Source of the DNA: Bacillota bacterium
GTDB lineage: Bacteria > Bacillota > DULZ01
DNA: 49,727 nucleotides
Direction of reading: 5' to 3'
Assembly (NCBI GenBank): GCA_041655595.1
Contig: JBBAFB010000003.1
Span: 1-49,727 of the forward strand
Part shown: in pieces, positions 43,458 to 49,727 of the stretch
How the letters are laid out: the number at the start of each line of letters is the position of its first letter
How positions within the stretch are numbered: the stretch's first letter is position 1
Made by a program: the position numbers and the translations under genes
The notes under the pieces: generated by a model
The model's input: only the letters and a program-made list of their open reading frames with translations
Databases searched by the model: none
Told to the model about the DNA's origin: nothing

Positions 43458-46202
43458 TTAACGGGAAAAAACCTTTTTCTGCGGAGTTGAGAAAAAATAT
43501 TTTAGACCCAGGAATACAGTCCTGCCCCCTGCTATCCCTAAAATTAAAAGCCAATGCAACAAATTTAAAGGTACTGTTTTAAAAATCGGCTGAAAATAGG
43601 GCAAATAAATTACTGACAACTGCATTATGGCCGATAATGTTACCGCGACTACTAAATATTTATTCCCGAAGTAGCCAATTTCGAAAGGATTAAAATACTC
43701 GGATCTGCAATCAAAAACATAAAATAGCTGGGAAAACACCAAGGTTGCAAAGGCAACGGTTCTAGATAAAAGTAAATCTCCACCAGATAAATAGTAAATT
43801 ATGCTGTAAGCAAAAAGCGTTCCAAAACTGATAATTAACCCCCTGGTTAAAATCTTTTCTCCTAACCCCTGCGAAAAAATACTTTCCTTAGGACCCCGGG
43901 GTTTTCTATTCATTAAATCCGGCGAAGCGGAATCCACTCCCAGGGCCAGGGCGGGAAAGCCATCCGTAACTAGGTTCACCCAAAGAATTTGTATAGCTAA
44001 TAGAGGCATGGGCATTCCTAAAAGAGCGGCAAAAAACATGGTCAAAACCTCGCCGGTATTACATGATAATAGATATCTGATAAATTTGCGGATATTATCA
44101 TAGATAGCCCTTCCCTCTTCAACAGCGGCAACAATAGTAGCAAAGTTATCATCTGCTAAAATCATGGCAGAGGCTTCCTTGGTTACATCAGTACCTCCTT
44201 TACCCATGGCGATACCGATATCAGCCTCTTTAACAGCCGGAGCATCATTAATTCCATCTCCGGTCATGGCCACAATATGTCCCTGGTTTTTAAGGGCTTT
44301 CACAATTCTGAGCTTATGTTTTGGCGAAACTCTGGCATAAACCGAGATTCTTTCTACTTGGTTTTGCAATTCCTTATCTGATATTTGATCTAAATCCGTG
44401 CCCGTCAGGCTCCCGGTTTGAGATAAATGAAAACCCATTTCCTTAGCTATTGCTAAAGCGGTAGCCTGGTGGTCCCCTGTTATCATAATCGGTCTAATGC
44501 CCGCCTTCTGGCAAACCTTGACAGCCTTAATAGCCTCTTTACGAGGTGGATCTATCATGCCCACTAATCCCAAAAAAACCAAATCTTTTTCTATTTGCTC
44601 ATCTTGTTTTAAATTTACTGACTCCCCTAAAGGTTTAAAAGCCAATGCCAACACCCTTAGGGCCTTATTGGCCAATTGTTCGTTTTGGCTTAATAAGTTT
44701 CTTTTTTCCTCCTCTGTTAAATTTATTACTTTTCCGTCTATCATTACACTATTACAGATTTTCAGTATCAAATCCGGGGCCCCTTTGGTATAGGCGAGGA
44801 GCTCGTTTCCCCTTTTTGTTATTACTGTCATTCTTTTTCTTTCTGAATCAAAAGGAAATTCGCTGACTCTAACTTCCTCTTTTTCTACAACCTCTCTCCA
44901 GTAACCAAGCTTGGCTCCCAAAGACAGTAAGGCACCCTCCGTGGGATCCCCGTTAATCCCCCAGTCAATTTGTTTGCTTGACCGGCGAAATAAGCCTATT
45001 AGGTTAATACCGTTTCTTGTTAAAGATGAATTGTTGCATAATACGGCCGCCTTTAGCAAGTAATCTAATACAGTACCTTTAATGATATTTTTCTTTTCGC
45101 CCTCAACTATTAGTTCCCCTCTGGGTTCATAACCCTCACCGGTCACAAAAAAGGATTTACCCCCCGCAAAAACTTCTTTAATTGTCATTTCGTTTTGTGT
45201 TAAAGTGCCTGTTTTATCTGCACAAATTACAGTGGCACAGCCTAGAGTTTCAACTGCAGGCAATTTACGTACGATGCTGTTTCTTTTGGCCATTTTTTGC
45301 ACACCAATTGCCAAGGCAACTGTTACGATGGCCGGCAAGCCTTCCGGGATTGCCGCTACTGCTAGACTGACACCAGCTAAAAACATCTGATAGGTCGGTT
45401 CTCCCCGCATAATACCTAATAGAACCACTACTGCGCAAATCAACAAACAGGAAAATACCAACCAAACACCAAGCTGTGCTAGGCGCTTTTGCAAAGGAGT
45501 TTCTTCTATTGCCACTGTTTCCATTAATTTTGCAATGTGACCCATTTCGGTTTGCATACCCGTGGCCACTACAACTCCCCTGGCCCTTCCCTTCGTTACA
45601 GCCGTGCCCAAATAGGCCATATTCCCCCTATCCCCTAGAGATAAATTGTTATTATATACTTTGTGAGCATCCTTTTCCACGGGGGTGGATTCGCCAGTTA
45701 AAAGGGACTCCTCTACTTCTAAATTAACACCATCTATAAGACGCAAATCAGCAGCTATTTTATCGCCTGTATTCAAATATAAAATGTCACCCGGCACCAC
45801 ATCTTGGGCTGGTATTTTTATTTGACCGCCGGAACGCAAAACCAAAGCCTCTGGTGCAGCCAGCTTTTTGAGGGCCTCCATTGATTTTTCCGCTTTATAT
45901 TCTTGAAAAAACCCCAGAACAGCATTGATCACTACTATAATTAAAATGGTAATGGCATCGTCATATTCACCTAGCATCCCTGAAATCAGAGTTGCTGCAA
46001 TCAGAACCAACACCATAAAATCCGTAAACTGGGCCATAAAAATTTTTACAGGAGAAATAACGGTTTGCTTTTCAATTCGGTTTGCTCCATAAATTGCAAG
46101 TCTTTGCTTGGCTTCCTTACTGGGCAAACCCTTTTCTAAATCAGTGTCGAATATGTCAACTACTTGAGAGGCATTTAATTGGTACCATAATTGATCCTTC
46201 AA
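43458..46202 (-). CDS. yloB: P-type (IIA) calcium-transporting ATPase
   Basis: 914 aa. Phosphorylation motif DKTGTLT, TGES, GDGINDAP, PEGLP in TM4. TTG start with AGGTGA upstream. Confidence 0.9.
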   Translation of the reverse strand: MKDQLWYQLNASQVVDIFDTDLEKGLPSKEAKQRLAIYGANRIEKQTVISPVKIFMAQFTDFMVLVLIAATLISGMLGEYDDAITILIIVVINAVLGFFQEYKAEKSMEALKKLAAPEALVLRSGGQIKIPAQDVVPGDILYLNTGDKIAADLRLIDGVNLEVEESLLTGESTPVEKDAHKVYNNNLSLGDRGNMAYLGTAVTKGRARGVVVATGMQTEMGHIAKLMETVAIEETPLQKRLAQLGVWLVFSCLLICAVVVLLGIMRGEPTYQMFLAGVSLAVAAIPEGLPAIVTVALAIGVQKMAKRNSIVRKLPAVETLGCATVICADKTGTLTQNEMTIKEVFAGGKSFFVTGEGYEPRGELIVEGEKKNIIKGTVLDYLLKAAVLCNNSSLTRNGINLIGLFRRSSKQIDWGINGDPTEGALLSLGAKLGYWREVVEKEEVRVSEFPFDSERKRMTVITKRGNELLAYTKGAPDLILKICNSVMIDGKVINLTEEEKRNLLSQNEQLANKALRVLALAFKPLGESVNLKQDEQIEKDLVFLGLVGMIDPPRKEAIKAVKVCQKAGIRPIMITGDHQATALAIAKEMGFHLSQTGSLTGTDLDQISDKELQNQVERISVYARVSPKHKLRIVKALKNQGHIVAMTGDGINDAPAVKEADIGIAMGKGGTDVTKEASAMILADDNFATIVAAVEEGRAIYDNIRKFIRYLLSCNTGEVLTMFFAALLGMPMPLLAIQILWVNLVTDGFPALALGVDSASPDLMNRKPRGPKESIFSQGLGEKILTRGLIISFGTLFAYSIIYYLSGGDLLLSRTVAFATLVFSQLFYVFDCRSEYFNPFEIGYFGNKYLVVAVTLSAIMQLSVIYLPYFQPIFKTVPLNLLHWLLILGIAGGRTVFLGLKYFFSTPQKKVFSR

Positions 46203-46494
46203 CTACTTCACCTCTGAAACTCGTTCTTACAGCAATTTATATTCCTTGTCCTCTTTAGAAATACCAAATTTAGGGTGAAAGACGAAAAGCTGCAAGATTA
46301 TAGCCCAAGGCTTAAAATAAGGGCCCTAATTGAAAGCCGATGACGGCAGGAAAAAGATAAATGTACTAGCATGAGTTTTGTGGCTAGGTTTGAACGAGGA
46401 GGAGGTCCATTATGGAGCTGTTACCGGCGGGATCTACCCCTCTTCTAAAAGTAGTGATATACTTAGATTAGTTTTTTATAAAGGATGGATGTAA

Positions 46495-48258
46495 GTGGCT
46501 TATGATGGTTTAACCATGGCTTCTGTGGCCCAAGAATTGCAGCAATTAATTGGCGGAAAGATTGAAAAAATCTATCAGCCTAATAAAGATACGGTTTTAT
46601 TTTACCTGCGTCAACAAGGCGGGGGAAAGCTTCGTTTGCTTATTTCCGCCAATGCCATGAGGGCTAGGGTACATTTAACCCGGAGTGTTTTTGAAAACCC
46701 CCTCTCCCCACCCATGTTTTGCATGCTGCTTCGTAAGCACCTTGAGGGTGGCAGAATTTTAAATATTAAGCAACAGGGAATGGAAAGAATCCTTATTTTA
46801 AATATCCAAAGTTATAACGAACTTAGGGAATTATGCCAATTACAGTTAATTTGCGAGGTAATGGGAAGGCATAGCAATATAATTTTAGTAAACCCCGAAA
46901 CGGGACTTATCTTGGATGGAATTAAAAAATTCAGCCACTTAATCAGCCGCCACCGGGAAGTATTGCCGGGAAAGCCCTATGTTTCACCTCCTCCCCAAGG
47001 AAAAGCCAATCCCCTTGAATTGTCTTACGAAAAGTTTGAGCAAGGTTTCTTGAAACAAATCAATCAAACCCTTCCCAAGGCAATTGTAGGACTGCTTGAT
47101 GGTTTTAGCCCCTTACTGGCTAAAGAATTGGTAGTGAGAGCAAATTTGGAACCAGACACTAGGGTGGAGAGCTGCGGAATATATGAATACAGAAATCTAT
47201 TTAATGCTTTGCAAAGCCTGCTGGAGGAATTAAAAACTGGTAACCCCTCCCCCAGTTTAAGTCGGCCTGGGGTTCAGCCTCAAGTATTTTCGGCCTTTCG
47301 TTTAACCCAGTTCCTCCCGGAGGATCTCTTACACCCTGCTTCTACCAATGAAACCATTGATCTCTTTTATAGCACCCAAGTTAAAGAAGGGGTTTTTAAC
47401 AATACACAGCAAAGGTATAAAAATACCATCCAAAAAGAAATTGCCCGCTGCGAAAAAAAGGCCTCTTTGCAAAAAGAGACCATTGACGGGGCCTTGACTC
47501 TGGAGGAGTTGAGAATCAAAGGTGAACTGCTTTTGGCCAACCTTTATCAAATTAAACAAGGTGAAAATCAAGTTCTGCTTGATAATTTTTATGACCCGGA
47601 CAATAAACCAATTTTAATAGATCTACAGCCGGAGTTAACACCCGCCCAAAACGCTGAAAAATATTTTCACCAATACAACAAAACAAAAAACGCTGCAAGA
47701 AAAGCCCAAATTTACTATGATGAAACAAAATCGGAGCTTGCCTATCTAGAAGCTGTACTTCATAATTTGGAAACCGCCGTGACAGAAGAGGATCTAGTAG
47801 ACATTTCCCAGGAGCTACAGCAGCAAGGTTATATAAAGGCCGTTTCTACCAGAAAACGAAGGGAAAAAACCGTAGCTCAAAAACCAGAACCCATGTCTTT
47901 TCATTCTTCCGATGGCTTTCCTATCTTAGTGGGCAAAAATAACCGGCAAAATGATTATTTAACTTTGAAAGTTGCCAAAGACAAAGATATTTGGTTCCAT
48001 ACAAAAGATATCCCCGGCTCCCATGTGGTAGTGGTAAATAATCAGGGAAAACCATTACCAAGAAAAACCCTGGAAGAAGCAGCAATGGTGGCGGCCCATT
48101 TCAGCAAAGGGCGCTTAGGCAGCAATATACCGGTGGATTACACGGAAAAAAAATATGTAAGAAAACCAAAAGGCGCAAAGCCGGGCATGGTTATTTATGA
48201 CCACCATAATACTCTTTTTATTACCCCTGATGAAGAACTAATCAAAAAACTAAAATGA
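46495..48258 (+). CDS. rqcH: NFACT-family ribosome quality-control protein RqcH (FbpA/YloA)
   Basis: 587 aa. N-terminal NFACT-N (MAYDGLTM...IEKIYQP), coiled-coil middle, NFACT-R (DIWFHTKDIPGSHVV). GTG start. Confidence 0.9.
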   Translation: MAYDGLTMASVAQELQQLIGGKIEKIYQPNKDTVLFYLRQQGGGKLRLLISANAMRARVHLTRSVFENPLSPPMFCMLLRKHLEGGRILNIKQQGMERILILNIQSYNELRELCQLQLICEVMGRHSNIILVNPETGLILDGIKKFSHLISRHREVLPGKPYVSPPPQGKANPLELSYEKFEQGFLKQINQTLPKAIVGLLDGFSPLLAKELVVRANLEPDTRVESCGIYEYRNLFNALQSLLEELKTGNPSPSLSRPGVQPQVFSAFRLTQFLPEDLLHPASTNETIDLFYSTQVKEGVFNNTQQRYKNTIQKEIARCEKKASLQKETIDGALTLEELRIKGELLLANLYQIKQGENQVLLDNFYDPDNKPILIDLQPELTPAQNAEKYFHQYNKTKNAARKAQIYYDETKSELAYLEAVLHNLETAVTEEDLVDISQELQQQGYIKAVSTRKRREKTVAQKPEPMSFHSSDGFPILVGKNNRQNDYLTLKVAKDKDIWFHTKDIPGSHVVVVNNQGKPLPRKTLEEAAMVAAHFSKGRLGSNIPVDYTEKKYVRKPKGAKPGMVIYDHHNTLFITPDEELIKKLK

Positions 48259-48409
48259 TACAAGGGGACGTTTTCGCTGTATCATTTCAAGAACACACGC
48301 AACATATGTGATACTCGGGAGCACTTTTCGTGTGATACAAGGGGACGTTTTTGCTGTATCATTTCAAGAACACACGCAACATATGTGATACTGGGGAGCA
48401 CTTTTCGTG
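48256..48409 (+). repeat. two tandem 77-bp direct repeats (75/77 identical), each containing a TGATACA...TGTATCA hairpin
   Basis: Unit 1 is 48256-48332 and unit 2 is 48333-48409. They differ by only two substitutions. The array starts at the rqcH stop codon. Confidence 0.9.
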
Positions 48410-48438
48410 TATCATTCCGACATATTTAGGGAACTAAA

Positions 48439-48467
48439 TGATACAGCGAAAATGTCCCCCTGTATCA
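48439..48467 (-). repeat. inverted partial copy of the 77-bp repeat hairpin
   Basis: TGATACAGCGAAAATGTCCCCCTGTATCA is close to the reverse complement of TGATACAAGGGGACGTTTTCGCTGTATCA. It overlaps the stop of a small minus-strand ORF. Confidence 0.8.
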
Positions 48468-48608
48468 TAAAGCCTTGCCATTAAGTAAATCTTCTTTCTT
48501 TAACGCAACTAATAAATTATAAACGGCATACCTTGTAATCAAATAAATTATTACTAAAGCTCCAAGCGGAATTAAGAACAAAATTGCCATCATTACTAGA
48601 TTGCTCAT
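48465..48608 (-). CDS. 47-aa single-TM small protein (untracked ORF)
   Basis: Own translation: MSNLVMMAILFLIPLGALVIIYLITRYAVYNLLVALKKEDLLNGKAL. Its ATG overlaps the stop of the upstream small ORF (TAATG). Confidence 0.4.
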   Translation of the reverse strand: MSNLVMMAILFLIPLGALVIIYLITRYAVYNLLVALKKEDLLNGKAL

Positions 48609-48766
48609 TATTTTAAGACATCTCCTTTCCTAAATTCATTTTTGAATTTTTTAACGCCATTTTTTATACCCAGCTTGATTGCAAAAAAGGATAAAATGAG
48701 CACAATTAAAGGTATTATTTGAATATAAATGTTTACCAGCTCATTGGGACCTAAATCCGAAAGCAT
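48608..48766 (-). CDS. 52-aa single-TM small protein (untracked ORF)
   Basis: Own translation: MLSDLGPNELVNIYIQIIPLIVLILSFFAIKLGIKNGVKKFKNEFRKGDVLK. SD GGGGGGTGA 7 nt upstream. Lies 37 nt after the 187-aa gene. Confidence 0.45.
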   Translation of the reverse strand: MLSDLGPNELVNIYIQIIPLIVLILSFFAIKLGIKNGVKKFKNEFRKGDVLK

Positions 48767-48803
48767 TTTATTTTCACCCCCCGTATCAATATTTTTGCCT
48801 GCT

Positions 48804-49367
48804 TCACGAGTTGCCCCTACTTAAAAAATCTAAGTATCTGTTCATGTTTTGGGAATAAAACTGGGAAACCTGATCTTGTCTTAGCAAGTTCATATCATTT
48901 ATCTCTTTTTTGAACAACTCCACAAAATTGTTTCTGTCATGAAAACCTAAGGCACCTATAGGTAAGGGAAGTGAAGTAAGTCCTCCTCCTTTTTCTACAT
49001 CTAAATAAGCCTCAAGGGCTCTCATTTCTATAATCGTTGCATTTTGTGGGTTTATTTTATTGATTTTAATGGTTTGTTTAAATTCGATGCCATTTTCATC
49101 TACGCCTTCGGCAACCATCACCGGGTTATCATCAGTTGAACCTTCTGCGTATTTGATATAAAAAGACAGTCCTGTTCCGTTTCCACCGGAAAAGAGCCTG
49201 TCTTCTGTTTTAAAATATACCCTCTTGGGTTGATTATTGACTGCTGAAGGTTGCCCCTTTTGGCTAGAATTATTACTCATTGCAGCTGCATTTTGGGTTT
49301 TTAATGTATCAAGGGATGAGGATCTTAAATTGTTATAAAGGGTCGCCATATTACTTGATATTTTCAT
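48804..49367 (-). CDS. hypothetical protein, no family recognised
   Basis: 187-aa ORF. SD AAAGGAGATG upstream. Low-complexity Ser/Asn/Gln-rich N-terminus. No signal peptide and no motif I recognise. Confidence 0.55.
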   Translation of the reverse strand: MKISSNMATLYNNLRSSSLDTLKTQNAAAMSNNSSQKGQPSAVNNQPKRVYFKTEDRLFSGGNGTGLSFYIKYAEGSTDDNPVMVAEGVDENGIEFKQTIKINKINPQNATIIEMRALEAYLDVEKGGGLTSLPLPIGALGFHDRNNFVELFKKEINDMNLLRQDQVSQFYSQNMNRYLDFLSRGNS

Positions 49368-49504
49368 TCTTACATCTCCTTTAAAAATTTTTGTACTAGT
49401 TTCGAAGCGTTGGGAACCTAATAATATTTTCCAATTCTCTCTTTTTATCTTACTATATCTATAATGTAATTTCCATCATTTCTATCTATTTAGCCACTTT
49501 TTGC

Positions 49505-49550
49505 AAAGGGACAGGGGGACAAAGGGACAGGGGGACAGGTGTTTTGTCCC
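49505..49550 (+). repeat. perfect 16-bp tandem duplication (AAAGGGACAGGGGGAC x2) followed by an inverted GGGACA/TGTCCC arm
   Basis: 49505-49520 is identical to 49521-49536. Then GGGACAGGTGTTTTGTCCC forms a hairpin. The array lies ~140 nt upstream of the 187-aa gene. Confidence 0.85.
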
Positions 49551-49727
49551 AACATACCGCCTTTAATCATTTTAGTGGTAACCAAGGTGAGAATTTTAAA
49601 TAGAAGATTCTTTACAAGTTAAAGTGAATTTCCTTGACCTGATCTTGTAATTCATAGTTACTGTTCAAAAAGCCACTCCCCTTTTTCGATTATTTATGTT
49701 ATTTTTTTAAAAAACGACTCCTTGTTA

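Noticed and set aside
46203-46411. Metal riboswitch (for example yybP-ykoY type) in the leader of the P-type ATPase gene.
   Set aside because: I could not recognise the conserved motifs or a convincing multi-stem fold in the ~90-nt putative leader. A covariance-model scan would be needed to rule it in or out.
48256-48409. The 77-bp repeats considered as a CRISPR array.
   Set aside because: There are only two directly abutting copies with no spacers. The unit length is far above CRISPR repeat size, and there are no cas genes in the window.
49560-49727. Short minus-strand ORFs (17-19 codons) near the right edge preceded by AAGGGGAGTGG.
   Set aside because: They are too short, have alternative overlapping frames and no supporting features. 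The window ends before the context can be judged.

Overview
49.7-kb chromosomal window from a low-GC Gram-positive, Clostridia/Peptococcaceae-like by gene content and synteny (this is an inference). Almost everything is on the minus strand. A conserved Firmicute housekeeping backbone is present: rqcH | yloB-type Ca-ATPase, yicC, remA, rpoZ, coaBC ... priA, def, fmt, YugP peptidase. About 36 kb lies between coaBC and priA. In minus-strand order it holds: metK; a 4-gene operon (corrinoid-binding protein, MtaA/UroD-like protein, Cys-rich GAF histidine kinase, sigma-54 NtrC-type activator); two back-to-back sigma-54 promoters driving a DUF4352-like lipoprotein and an FtsX-ABC/DUF4418 operon; a 12-gene clade II (Sec-type) nosZ cluster with its own Rieske/cytochrome b6/subunit IV complex and two c-type cytochromes behind a perfect sigma-54 promoter; tRNA-Thr(CGU); a MacAB/HlyD-type efflux system; an MFS transporter; a TAXI-TRAP transporter; DctS/DctR plus a DctP-type binding protein; an activation-domain-less MetH-like methionine synthase; and three poorly characterised genes. 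The most interesting candidate is the corrinoid/MtaA-like/GAF-kinase/sigma-54-activator module beside sigma-54-driven N2O-reductase genes. It may be a corrinoid- and/or Fe-S-based sensory system controlling N2O respiration; this is a hypothesis only. The right end carries an unusual repeat-bracketed 3-gene cassette of unknown function. No CRISPR array, integrase, transposase or rRNA was seen.
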